A stretch of 59,571 bases of DNA from a virus (IMGVR_UViG_3300037478_000385:1-59571); one strand, 5' to 3'. Positions 47,299 to 56,145 are shown, counted from the stretch's first letter. The notes: generated from the letters alone by a model not told the origin. Program-made: numbers and translations.

Positions 47299-47779
47299 CG
47301 CTGCCTCCCAGGTTGTTGAGGAGGTCGCCGATCTCGGCGCCGAGCTTCTCTGCGTCCACGGACACGCGGGACGGAGCGTCCAATCCGAGGAGCTTCCTGT
47401 AGCTCTCCCTGACTTTCACCAGGCGGTCTATCGCAGCCAGCTTCGGCCCATCATCAAGCAAGGGCTCGCCGTCGTCGCCGTAGACGATCCGGCCGTGAGA
47501 GACCATCACGTGCTCCCGGGTCAGCACGTCCAGAGCCTCGACGTACAGCTCGTCGAGCTGCGCGGCCTCGGTGCGGATGAGTTTCTCGGCGGGCCCGTGG
47601 AGGACTGCTTCGCGGGCGGCTTGCACGGCGCGCCAGGCTTCGCCTTTGTTGGCCCACCCAAGCTCATCGGCGATCTGCTGGAAGGTGCGGCCTTGGGCGC
47701 GGAGGGCGGCGGCCTGGGCGTAGCGGGCGGCGGTTTCGGGGTTCTCGGCGTAGCGGCCGTTGCCGTTGCGGATCTGCAT
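47276..47779 (-). CDS. terS: Terminase small subunit
   Basis: HTH GRTFQQIADELG; RKLLGLDAP; upstream of terL. Confidence 0.8.
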   Translation of the reverse strand: MQIRNGNGRYAENPETAARYAQAAALRAQGRTFQQIADELGWANKGEAWRAVQAAREAVLHGPAEKLIRTEAAQLDELYVEALDVLTREHVMVSHGRIVYGDDGEPLLDDGPKLAAIDRLVKVRESYRKLLGLDAPSRVSVDAEKLGAEIGDLLNNLGGSDGDGTGD

Positions 47780-47891
47780 ACGGCCTCCCTTCCGGCAGGG
47801 GTTGCCGCCCGGGTCCCGCCTAGGTCCCGGACGGCTGGCTGCCCTACCTCCACCCCACTCGCCACCGAGTGGTCTAAAGCCGTTACGCCCT

Positions 47892-48035
47892 TTAGGCGGA
47901 ACGGCGCTCATCTTCCTCGACCGCACGTCGTACGAGATACAGCAACTCCGAGTTGACGGAGCGGTCCTCCGACGCGGCAAGGGCCTTCAGCTTGTCGTGT
48001 AGATCTTCGGGGATGCGTAGCGTGAAATTGACCAT
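47892..48035 (-). CDS. Arc-family ribbon-helix-helix protein (47 aa)
   Basis: MVNFTLRIPEDLHDKLKALAASEDRSVNSELLYLVRRAV; below the ORF-track length cutoff. Confidence 0.85.
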   Translation of the reverse strand: MVNFTLRIPEDLHDKLKALAASEDRSVNSELLYLVRRAVEEDERRSA

Positions 48036-48063
48036 GAGGCCATTATGAGGCTAAAATGCAGTC

Positions 48064-49221
48064 ATGCAACTCCGGTACAACTTCCGCTTGGACCCGACGC
48101 CGGGTCAGCGCATCGCGCTGGCACGCACGTTCGGGTGCGCGCGGACGGTGTACAACGACGCATTGCGGGCCCGGAAGGACGCCCACGAACAGGGCCAGCC
48201 GTTCCCGAAGTCGGGGGACCTATCGAAGCTGCTGATCACGCAAGCGAAGCGCACCGAAGAGCGGGCGTGGCTTTCCAACGCACCCGTCGGTGTCATGCAG
48301 CAGGCGCTACGGGATCTCGACACCGCGTACCGGAACTTCTTCGACTCCCTGTCGGGCAAGCGCAAGGGCCCCAAGGTCGGGGAGCCCCGGTTCCGGTCAC
48401 GCCGGGACAACCGGCAGACCGCCCGCTACACCCGCTCCGACCGCTGGACCATCACCGAAAGCGGCAAGCTGCGGCTACCGAAGGTCGGGGAAGTCAAGGT
48501 CAAGTGGTCCCGGTCCCTGCCGTCCGATCCCACGTCGGTGACGGTCGTCAAGGACGCGTCCGGCAGGTACTTCGCGTCGTTCGTCGTGCAGACCGATCCG
48601 TCCGAAGTGTTGCCGGAGACCACGGGCCAGGTCGGTATAGATCTGGGCCTGACTCACTTCGCAGTCCTCTCCGACGGGCGGAAGATCACCGCGCCGAAGT
48701 TCTTCCGCCGCGCCGAACGCAAACTCCGCAAGGCGCAGCAGAACCTCAGCCGCAAAGCCAAGGGCTCGAACAACCGCAAGAAGACCGTCGTCAAGGCCGC
48801 CCGGGCTCACGCCCGCGTGAAGGATGCACGGCGGGACCACCACCACAAGCTGTCCACCACGTTGATCCGCGAGAACCAAGCGATCTACGTCGAAGACCTC
48901 GCGGTGAACGGACTCGCCCGCACCCGCCTCGCCAAGAGCGTGCACGACGCCGGATGGTCCACGTTCGTCAGCATGCTGGAGTACAAAGCCGCACGCTACG
49001 GGCGAGCGTTCGCCCGCGTCGACCGGTTCTTCCCCTCCTCGCAGCTCTGCTCCGCATGCGGCTTCAAAGACGGCCCGAAGCCCCTCGCGGTCCGCGAATG
49101 GACCTGCCTCGGCTGCGAGACGACACACGACCGCGACATCAACGCCGCACGCAACATCCGAACCGAAGGACGAAAAGTCGCCGCCGGACGGGCGGAGACC
49201 CAAAACGCCTGCGGAGGCTGA
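48064..49221 (+). CDS. tnpB: RNA-guided endonuclease TnpB
   Basis: YNFRLDPT..Q; RuvC GIDLG, VEDL, HDRDINAARN; CSACG/CLGC. Confidence 0.95.
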   Translation: MQLRYNFRLDPTPGQRIALARTFGCARTVYNDALRARKDAHEQGQPFPKSGDLSKLLITQAKRTEERAWLSNAPVGVMQQALRDLDTAYRNFFDSLSGKRKGPKVGEPRFRSRRDNRQTARYTRSDRWTITESGKLRLPKVGEVKVKWSRSLPSDPTSVTVVKDASGRYFASFVVQTDPSEVLPETTGQVGIDLGLTHFAVLSDGRKITAPKFFRRAERKLRKAQQNLSRKAKGSNNRKKTVVKAARAHARVKDARRDHHHKLSTTLIRENQAIYVEDLAVNGLARTRLAKSVHDAGWSTFVSMLEYKAARYGRAFARVDRFFPSSQLCSACGFKDGPKPLAVREWTCLGCETTHDRDINAARNIRTEGRKVAAGRAETQNACGG

Positions 49222-49359
49222 GTAAGGCCTCCGCTTGCGGAGGCATCGGCCGATGAACCAGGAACCCGGCTCAAGGCAAGCCGCTGCTAGCGGACGCCAG
49301 GGAGGGAATCCCCCTCGTTCACGAGGGGGAGGACGTCAACGCGAATGGTTCTGTGACGC
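49180..49359 (+). ncRNA. Putative omegaRNA of TnpB-2; guide begins CGCGAATGGTTCTGTG
   Basis: Several hairpins after tnpB, ending at TCAA 49339. Confidence 0.6.
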
Positions 49360-49457
49360 ACTGCGGCCCCCGCCCGGGTGAGTGGGGCGGGGGCCGTGTG
49401 GTCGGTTTTGGGGCGCGTTAAGTACGCGCACTGCACAGAATGCGACACGAACACACA

Positions 49458-51014
49458 TCAGTCAAGGCGGGGCCGTCCATGCTGCTTGCTGTTGGCGAGT
49501 ACGAGCTGGTGCCGGCCGTCGGTGTCGCGGGTAACGGCTCCGGCGTCGGCGAGTTTGCCGAGTGCGGCGTGGACTGCGGCTTTGGATCTGCTGGCGCGGC
49601 GTGCGATCTCCGAGAGGCTGAGCGGCTCGGTGGAGACCAGCAGGACGGTGGTGATGTCGTCGGCTACGGTCGGCGCCTTGGGTGCGGGCCGCCCGGTTGC
49701 GGGTGCTGCTGGTTCCTTCACCGGGGCCGGGGCTGGGGCAGGTGTCTGGGCATCGGTCAGTAGCTGGTCGGGTGCGATCTGCCGGAACCGGGTCTCGTCC
49801 AGGAACACGGCCTTCGCCTCGACCGGTGCACGGTGCTTGGACGATTTGACCAGCAGCCAGTGGTCCCGCAGCTTGTGGGGCTCCCAGCCCTCGGCGGTCT
49901 CGTCTTTGAAGACCACCGCGGATTCCTGGGATGACTCCAGCCGCAGGCAGACCCGCACGTTCAACTGGGACCGGAGCTCGGTGGGCAGGTTCGTGGACTT
50001 GGGGAATTGCGTGACCCACACGAAGTACACGCCCAGGGCGCGGCCCTGTTCGACCGCGGTGAAGAACCGCTTGAGCTGATCCGGCTTGAAGTCACGGGTG
50101 AGGACGTTCCCTTCGTCGATCATCACGGCCAGGGCCCGGTCGTCGGCGGTCTCCCGCCAGGTGGAGGTCTGGAGTTGGAGCATCCGCTTGGCACGGCGGG
50201 GGAACTCGACGTCGAGGAGCCAGTCCGTGTACGCGGCGGCGGCCGCGGTGGTGGTGATCCTCGTGGCCTTGCCTTCGAAGTGCTGGGATTCCAAGCCCTG
50301 CTTCAGGTCGATCACGGTCAGGTCGGCGTCGATGGCCTGCACGATGTGAGCGCCGATCGTCCGCTGCACGCAGGACTTACCGGACCCGGAGGTGCCGAAG
50401 ATGCCGATGCGCTGCCGAACGTCCAACGTGACGTGGTCGCCGTGCGGGGTGGTCGCCAGGTGTACCGGGTCGGCGAGGCGCACCGGCCCGGCCGGCGGCT
50501 GCCACAGCAGCGGGCGGGCAAGCGGGTCCCGCACCGTGAGTTCGAGGACTGCCCGGTCGGCGCGCCCGGTACTCAGCACGCGTACCGACCCGGCTCGTAG
50601 GCCCAGGCCGGTCTCCAACTGCGAGGTACGCGCGGCGAGCATGTCCAGCGTCAGGGCGCGGGTCAGCGTGACATGCACCGCCACACCAGACGGAGTACGA
50701 CGGACTTTCCCCCGCTTCAGCCCGGGCAGCTGCCGCGCGGTCACCATGCCGTCCCACCGATCGGGGTCGAGAAGCCGGGCTGCGACACGCATCGGGAGAC
50801 CGTAGCGGCGCGCCCACACCCAGTGCCGTAGAACGCGGGCCAGGCGGCGCAGCGCCGACCGAACGAGCCGGTAAGCCGCCTTACGGACGCTGCGGCTACG
50901 AAGCAGCAGGAACGCGGCGAGCGCGGCCAGGACGATCACGCCGTGTGGGCCGAGTCCGGCGAGGAGCGGATCGAGTGCGATCTCGTCGGTAGGGTCAGGC
51001 GTGCCGGTGGGCAT
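49458..51014 (-). CDS. traB: FtsK/SpoIIIE-like conjugative DNA translocase (TraB)
   Basis: N-terminal TM; Walker A GTSGSGKS; Walker B VMIDEG; GRALGV...TQFP; C-terminal winged HTH. Confidence 0.85.
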   Translation of the reverse strand: MPTGTPDPTDEIALDPLLAGLGPHGVIVLAALAAFLLLRSRSVRKAAYRLVRSALRRLARVLRHWVWARRYGLPMRVAARLLDPDRWDGMVTARQLPGLKRGKVRRTPSGVAVHVTLTRALTLDMLAARTSQLETGLGLRAGSVRVLSTGRADRAVLELTVRDPLARPLLWQPPAGPVRLADPVHLATTPHGDHVTLDVRQRIGIFGTSGSGKSCVQRTIGAHIVQAIDADLTVIDLKQGLESQHFEGKATRITTTAAAAAYTDWLLDVEFPRRAKRMLQLQTSTWRETADDRALAVMIDEGNVLTRDFKPDQLKRFFTAVEQGRALGVYFVWVTQFPKSTNLPTELRSQLNVRVCLRLESSQESAVVFKDETAEGWEPHKLRDHWLLVKSSKHRAPVEAKAVFLDETRFRQIAPDQLLTDAQTPAPAPAPVKEPAAPATGRPAPKAPTVADDITTVLLVSTEPLSLSEIARRASRSKAAVHAALGKLADAGAVTRDTDGRHQLVLANSKQHGRPRLD

Positions 51015-51183
51015 CGTGAGTGCCTTCCTGGTCCGAGCCGGCCCCGGTTCCCGCGGGGCCGGCTCACTACATGTACGGGGCGTGTTGGCGTTCGCTGTTC
51101 GGTGTCCCCGCGCGCGTCTACCAAGGTCAGAGGCCGAACGGGCCGAACGAACGCGGTGAGCGGTATCTGTGTGGGTGGGTTAG

Positions 51184-52143
51184 TTACAGGTACAGGCCGG
51201 TTCCGGCGTCGTTCTTGGCCTTGGTGAGCCAGCGCTGCGCGGTGGTCTGCGGGCGCCCGGTCAGTTCCATCACTTCGGCGATGGTGGGGGTTTTCCCGCG
51301 GCGGATGAGGGTGGCGATGTGGGGGACGGCCGTGTCCTGGGTGGATAGGCGTTGGGTTTCCATCTGGGTGTCCGGGCGGATGTCCACGGTGTCCTGGTGG
51401 GTGTCCGTCTCGCTCTTCCGGGTATCCGTAGTGCTCTGGTCTGCGGATGTCCGCGGGTTTCCGTGGATAGCCATGTGGGTGTCCGCCGTGTCCATGTGGG
51501 TGTCCGGTCGGTCCCGGACAATGCTCGGGACGTCTGGTTGGCGGGCTTCCAGCGCGAGCTTCAGGCTGACGGTGCGGTCTTGTGTCAGGAGCCGGTCGCG
51601 CTCGCCGAGCGCGAGGGCGAGCTCCGTGCCGGCCTGCTGTTGCAGGGCGCGGAGGTATGCCTCGTGCTTGGGGTCGAGCTTGATCCGCACGGTGTGCATG
51701 CCGATCGCCCACACGCCTTTCGCTGCTGCGGACACCAGCGCGCCGACGATGCCGACGGCCCAGGCACCGGCGATGAGCCCGTGAATGAAGATCGCCGCCA
51801 TGGACACGGTGAGCATGGCCATGCCTGTCTTGCGGGGCAGGGCGGACCGCTTGCTGTCGTAGCGGAGGAGCCATTCGGCGATGAGGCATCCGGCCCATCC
51901 GGCGTCGAAGACTCCGGCGACGAGGTAGGCGGCCCAGGTGGGGGCGAGGAGGGTGAGCATGCTGCCGATAGCGACGGTGCCCCAGATGATGGCGCCGATG
52001 GTCATGAACGCGGCGAGGGTGAAGAGTGCGCGGCGGAGGGTGGCGTCGAGGTTGAGGGGGAGTCGGGGGATGGGGGTGTCGATGTCGTATTCGATGTTGA
52101 TGCCGTTGTGGGTGTCGTGGATGGTGCGGGTTTTGGTGTTCAT
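51184..52143 (-). CDS. SpdB-like spread protein (4 TM plus C-terminal HTH)
   Basis: AYLVAGVFDAGW TM bundle, coiled coil, HTH tail; adjacent to traB. Confidence 0.7.
   Translation of the reverse strand: MNTKTRTIHDTHNGINIEYDIDTPIPRLPLNLDATLRRALFTLAAFMTIGAIIWGTVAIGSMLTLLAPTWAAYLVAGVFDAGWAGCLIAEWLLRYDSKRSALPRKTGMAMLTVSMAAIFIHGLIAGAWAVGIVGALVSAAAKGVWAIGMHTVRIKLDPKHEAYLRALQQQAGTELALALGERDRLLTQDRTVSLKLALEARQPDVPSIVRDRPDTHMDTADTHMAIHGNPRTSADQSTTDTRKSETDTHQDTVDIRPDTQMETQRLSTQDTAVPHIATLIRRGKTPTIAEVMELTGRPQTTAQRWLTKAKNDAGTGLYL
51331..51505. repeat. Array of about 12 imperfect GGGTGTCC 8-mers, candidate clt
   Basis: Copies at 51354, 51366, 51378, 51387, 51399, 51420, 51445, 51455, 51465, 51477, 51486, 51498. 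Confidence 0.65.
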
Positions 52144-52152
52144 GGCGGGGTC

Positions 52153-52398
52153 CTAGTGGGTGCGTGCGGTGCGGGGTCGGTGTGTGCGTGCTTGGTGTGC
52201 GATCCAGGTGAGGCCGGCGAGTAGGAGTGCGGGGCCTGGCTGGTCGGCGGCGGCGGTGGTGATGCCGTTGATGGTGGCGAGGATGAGGCCGGTGGCAATG
52301 CGGGCGAGGACGGTGACGGCGCCCGGGTTCATGGCGGCGAGGACGATCAAGCTGCCGATGAAGAGGCGGTATAGGAGTCGGTCGGGGCGGTTTCGCAT
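52153..52398 (-). CDS. Small membrane (Spd-like) protein
   Basis: Hydrophobic; upstream of the spdB-like gene. Confidence 0.65.
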   Translation of the reverse strand: MRNRPDRLLYRLFIGSLIVLAAMNPGAVTVLARIATGLILATINGITTAAADQPGPALLLAGLTWIAHQARTHRPRTARTH

Positions 52399-52480
52399 GG
52401 CGGGTCTCCTGGCGGGTGGCGGGTGGGTGCTGGCGCGGTTCTCCTCACCGCAGGTGCGGGACCTGCGGATCGGACAGCCG

Positions 52481-52660
52481 TCAGCGGCCTTCGCTCTCCT
52501 TCAGGTAGGCATTGGCGGTCTTCGTCGACACCTCCAGGCAGTTGGCGATGATGGTGCTGTCGGCCTTCGGGTTGACCTCGCGGATGGCCTTGGTTCGGCG
52601 GATGTGTTCGGTGTGACGCACTGGGTTGTCAGGCTCGGTCTTGCGGTTGAACAGGCCCAT
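52481..52660 (-). CDS. Small protein MGLFNRK... with HTH-like tail
   Basis: AAGGAG RBS; 59 aa. Confidence 0.65.
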   Translation of the reverse strand: MGLFNRKTEPDNPVRHTEHIRRTKAIREVNPKADSTIIANCLEVSTKTANAYLKESEGR

Positions 52661-52717
52661 CGATCTCTCCTTGGGTTTGGGTCGCCCGACGCTGGTTCGG
52701 GCGGATCGGGCAGCCGG

Positions 52718-52903
52718 TCAGCTGTCGCGCTCGCCCCGCCACTCCCGGAGCTTTGAGATGACCAAATCGCCGCGTACGCGGGCGATCTCATCTTGATCGG
52801 TAAGGTGTTCGGTGGTGTTGGCCACCTCCTTCTTTACGCAGACTCCCGCTGCCCGGTAGGCCTGGGCTGATGCTTGGTCGAACTCGTCGTGGTTGCTGGC
52901 CAT
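52718..52903 (-). CDS. Small hypothetical protein
   Basis: AAGGA RBS. Confidence 0.6.
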   Translation of the reverse strand: MASNHDEFDQASAQAYRAAGVCVKKEVANTTEHLTDQDEIARVRGDLVISKLREWRGERDS

Positions 52904-52965
52904 CTGTGGTTCCTTTCGTTGGGTTGGCCGGGCCGCGGTGCTGGTCGCGGCCCGGCCGGTCTGTG

Positions 52966-53091
52966 TCAGAACGGCTGTTCGTCGTAGTCCCCGGGCGGCG
53001 GTGGCGGGAGGGTCATGGAGAAGGTGACCGTGTAGTCGCCGTCTTCCTCCAGCTCGATTTCGCTGCCGGTCTCGGGGTTGATCTGGGCCAT
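52966..53091 (-). CDS. Small acidic protein
   Basis: MAQINPETGSEIELEEDG...; GAGGA RBS. Confidence 0.55.
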   Translation of the reverse strand: MAQINPETGSEIELEEDGDYTVTFSMTLPPPPPGDYDEQPF

Positions 53092-53101
53092 GACGGATTC
53101 C

Positions 53102-53296
53102 TCAGTTCTGTGGGGTGTGGTCGACCATGGCGGCGAGGATGGCCATGGCTACGCGCTGCCTGTCATCCCCGGCGCGCTTGCACAGCCGGTTGGCGTGGCG
53201 GTCGTTGCCCTTGGCGAGGGCTTTCCCGGCTGCGTCGATCTCCGCTCCGGTCGCGACTACTCCGGGCTGGGGCTGAGTCCTGCGGAACAGGGCCAT
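53102..53296 (-). CDS. Small protein MALFRR...
   Basis: GGAGG RBS. Confidence 0.6.
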   Translation of the reverse strand: MALFRRTQPQPGVVATGAEIDAAGKALAKGNDRHANRLCKRAGDDRQRVAMAILAAMVDHTPQN

Positions 53297-53322
53297 GTCG
53301 GGTGTCCTCCGGGTCGGGTGGG

Positions 53323-53616
53323 TTAGTGCTGGTCGGTGGCGGCGTCGAGGCGGTATTCGTCTGCCTGGTCCATCTCGCGTAGGTCGGAGCCGGTGAAGTC
53401 GTAGTAGTCCTCGGGTGGTTGGGGTGTGTCGAGTAGCAGGCGGACCAGCGCCCGGCGCTCCTCGGCGTCGAGGACCAGGACGGCCGGATCGCCGTGGTTG
53501 GTGTCGCAGAGGATGAGGGTGTTCTCGTCCTGGGTGTCCCGGGAGGGGCCTATGACGATGCGGTCCCAGGTCAGCTGCAGCGGGATGCTCTCGCCCTCGA
53601 TCTCGTCGTGGTCCAT
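53323..53616 (-). CDS. Small acidic protein
   Basis: AAGGA RBS; very D/E-rich. Confidence 0.65.
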   Translation of the reverse strand: MDHDEIEGESIPLQLTWDRIVIGPSRDTQDENTLILCDTNHGDPAVLVLDAEERRALVRLLLDTPQPPEDYYDFTGSDLREMDQADEYRLDAATDQH

Positions 53617-53705
53617 GGAGGGGTTCCTTTCGGGTTGGTCGGGTGGTGTGTGCCCCGCGCCGTGTTCGATCCGGCGGCCTCGCGCCTGGGCCGGGGCTGT
53701 CGTGG

Positions 53706-54053
53706 TCAGTGCTTGCGGTATTCGACGCGGCCGTCGGAGTAGGTGATTTGCCGCGGTGCGTTGGTGCGGCCGAGGAGCAGGAGGTCCTCGACGATGTGTG
53801 GGTCGTCCTGCTTCTTCGGCTGCTCTTGCGGCTTGTCGCTGCTGCTCTTGCGGTTGAACAGGCCCATGACGGTCCCTCCGTTGCTGGTGCGGCGTTGATG
53901 GAGTTCGGTACGCACCTGGTCGATCTCCTGGAGTGCGCCATGCTGGGCGTCGGTGAGGCCCATAGCGGCGGCTTCGTCGGCGAGCTGGGCGCAGACGTTG
54001 GCGCGGAGTTCGAGTTGGGCGTCGGGCATGTCGCGGTAGTCGGGGTTGCTCAT
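53706..54053 (-). CDS. Hypothetical protein with an internal in-frame start (MGLFNRK at 53867)
   Basis: Second GGAGG RBS before 53867. Confidence 0.6.
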   Translation of the reverse strand: MSNPDYRDMPDAQLELRANVCAQLADEAAAMGLTDAQHGALQEIDQVRTELHQRRTSNGGTVMGLFNRKSSSDKPQEQPKKQDDPHIVEDLLLLGRTNAPRQITYSDGRVEYRKH

Positions 54054-54205
54054 GAGCGGCGCCCCTGCCTTGGGTTGGCGTCGCGCTTCTCGCTGTCGCG
54101 GCGGTCGGCAGTGCCTGCCTTGAAGTCGCGGTTGCAGGCTTCGACGGTCGCGGGCTCGGTGAGGATCTTGTTCGGCTGGGGCTGGGTGTTGGGCTGTTTG
54201 CTCAT
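54050..54205 (-). CDS. Small hypothetical protein
   Basis: ATGA coupling. Confidence 0.5.
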   Translation of the reverse strand: MSKQPNTQPQPNKILTEPATVEACNRDFKAGTADRRDSEKRDANPRQGRRS

Positions 54206-54447
54206 GTGGCCACCTGCTCGGGGGTGGTCTGCAGGCGGTGGCCGATGCGTCCGGGTGTTACGACGAGGCGGGCCATGCGCAGGTGGGGTACGTCGTCGTG
54301 GAGGACTGCGACGGTGATGGTGATGAGTCCGTCGGGGCGGATCTCGTTGATGGTGGCGAGGTTGGCTACGGCGTCGCAGCCGGGGATCGAGTGGAGCCGG
54401 TGGACTGCGCCGGGCTTGAACGGGGCGGGGGTGGGCTGGTGGTTCAC
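54202..54447 (-). CDS. Hypothetical protein
   Basis: Coupled ORF. Confidence 0.55.
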   Translation of the reverse strand: MNHQPTPAPFKPGAVHRLHSIPGCDAVANLATINEIRPDGLITITVAVLHDDVPHLRMARLVVTPGRIGHRLQTTPEQVAT

Positions 54448-54641
54448 TGCTGCCCCCTGGCCGCGCGGATGTCGTGGAGGGTGGCGCCGAGGTTCTGTGC
54501 GGTCTGTACCGCGTGCTGCATGGTGTGGAAGGTGACGCTGTCGGGTGTGTGCTGGTGGTCGTCGCAGGCGGTGGCTGCGGTGTGGATGGCTTGAGCGCGG
54601 GTGCTGGGCTGCGGCTTGGATGCGCCGCTACGATCACGCAT
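54444..54641 (-). CDS. Hypothetical protein, first gene of the transfer operon
   Basis: AGGAGG RBS. Confidence 0.6.
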   Translation of the reverse strand: MRDRSGASKPQPSTRAQAIHTAATACDDHQHTPDSVTFHTMQHAVQTAQNLGATLHDIRAARGQQ

Positions 54642-54705
54642 GTCATTCCTCCTGGTGAAGTCAGGCGGTCTGGCTGGCCCTGGTCGGTGTGTGGAAGCCC
54701 GACCG

Positions 54706-54779
54706 GGGCCACTTGCATCAGCAGCATGGACTGCTTGCCCCCGAGCGTATGCCATGACATACAATAGGGCAAGTGGCCC
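54706..54779. promoter_or_regulatory. Divergent promoter/operator of the transfer module
   Basis: GGGCCACTTGC / GCAAGTGGCCC inverted repeat; inner GTATG-N6-CATAC; TACAAT at 54760. Confidence 0.65.
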
Positions 54780-54798
54780 GCCGAGAAGAGGAGCGGGC

Positions 54799-55098
54799 AT
54801 GGATGACGACGCCACCGAGGAGGCGCAGAAGGTGTTCGACTCACTAGACCAAGTCGAGGCGATCGAGGACCCGGTTGAACGCGCCGTGGCGATCAGCGAA
54901 GTGCTGACCGACCACAACGAGCGCGCACCGCGTCTCCGGGACCTACGCCGCCAAGCCGTCCTAGCGATGCGCGCCGAAGGCATGTCGTATCGGAAGATCG
55001 CGTCACGGCTGAAGGTCTCTCTCGGAGCCGTGCAGAACATCGAGCGCGGCCATGCGGGCGCCTGGGGCACCAAGCCCAGGACCAAGCCAGGCGAGTAG
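54799..55098 (+). CDS. HTH regulator (TraR/Kor-like position)
   Basis: GMSYRKIASRLKVSLGAVQNIERG; divergent from the tra operon. Confidence 0.8.
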   Translation: MDDDATEEAQKVFDSLDQVEAIEDPVERAVAISEVLTDHNERAPRLRDLRRQAVLAMRAEGMSYRKIASRLKVSLGAVQNIERGHAGAWGTKPRTKPGE

Positions 55099-55194
55099 CA
55101 AGAAGGCCGAGCGGTGTGTCACCACCACTCGGCCGTGATCGGCAGGGCAGCCCGCAGATCAATAGAACCAACCCGTGCAAGGAAGGTCCGCTCA

Positions 55195-56145
55195 GTGAGC
55201 GTACAGAACGTCCCCGAGGATGGAACACCCGAGGGCGCGAGTCCGACCGGACGTGGTTACTGGTTCACCCCGGTGCCCGTCTACCTCCTCGATGCCGTGT
55301 ACGACCCAGCCAGCCCAGTCAACGCACCGGCCGTGATCCTGTGGGCCCACATCCATCGGCACTACGCATGGCGGGAAAGGATCTTCCCTTCCTGCGCCAA
55401 GCTGGCCGAGGAGACCGGGCTGGGCGAGCGCACCATTGCGCGACTCCTCCAGACGCTCCGGAGCGCTGGAGCCCTTACGTGGGACGCCGGGTTCAGCTCT
55501 AAGGGGCGCAGTAGCAACCGGTACGCCATGGCGCCGTTCAGGCCGTTCGAGTTCGACCGTGATCCATCACAGGTAGTGCCTGCCAAATCTGTCAGCCATC
55601 AGGGAGAGCCAGCCAATGATGGCAGCCACCACCCTGCCAAGGGTGGCAACCACCCCTCTGCCAAAAATGGCAGAGGAAAGAAGAGCAGGTCTTATCTTGA
55701 GAGCACAGAAGAACCTCTCTCTCCTCCTGCTCCAGAGCAGCGGGCTGCCGAGCCCGCACCGGCCGACGAGGAGAGAGAGACCGAGGCTGCGCCCGACAAC
55801 GACAACCGCGAGGCGACTGCGGCGCAGCGCGTTGTCCGTGCTGCTGGCATCCTCACCGAAGCGGAGGAACAGCCGTTCATCGACTGGGCCACCATCACCC
55901 ATCGGCCTCGTGGTGGGGCGTGGTGGCGGACTGTGGCCGCGAACGGTGACCTGCCCGACCTCGTATCCGCCTACCGTGCCGAGCGCGCCCCCACAGTGGC
56001 CCCTGAGCGGCCCGCGCTGGCGCCGTGGTGCCGGGACATCGACTGCTCCGAGATCGACCGCATGCGCTCCGTCTGGAGCGACGACGGATTCGAGCGGGTC
56101 ACGCCATGCCCGAAGTGCCATCCGCGGGCGATGGCAGCCGCGTAG
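55195..56145 (+). CDS. Replication initiator-like protein 2 (HTH, internal iterons, C-terminal Cys motif)
   Basis: IFPSCAKLAEETGLGERTIARLLQTL...SSNRY; CPKCHP. Confidence 0.75.
   Translation: MSVQNVPEDGTPEGASPTGRGYWFTPVPVYLLDAVYDPASPVNAPAVILWAHIHRHYAWRERIFPSCAKLAEETGLGERTIARLLQTLRSAGALTWDAGFSSKGRSSNRYAMAPFRPFEFDRDPSQVVPAKSVSHQGEPANDGSHHPAKGGNHPSAKNGRGKKSRSYLESTEEPLSPPAPEQRAAEPAPADEERETEAAPDNDNREATAAQRVVRAAGILTEAEEQPFIDWATITHRPRGGAWWRTVAANGDLPDLVSAYRAERAPTVAPERPALAPWCRDIDCSEIDRMRSVWSDDGFERVTPCPKCHPRAMAAA
55581..55672. repeat. Four TGCCA-N4-TGGCA iterons, putative origin 2
   Basis: Copies at 55581, 55611, 55635, 55659, followed by a purine-rich tract. Confidence 0.7.

Larger units (their letters stand above)
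47848..49339 (+). mobile_element. IS200/IS605-family (TnpA-less) element 2: divergent Arc gene plus tnpB; inferred TAM CTAC
   Basis: CTAC|...AGTG plus hairpin GTCTAAAG/CTTTAGGC (left end); GAAT plus hairpin CCCCCTCGT/ACGAGGGGG...TCAA| (right end). Confidence 0.8.
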
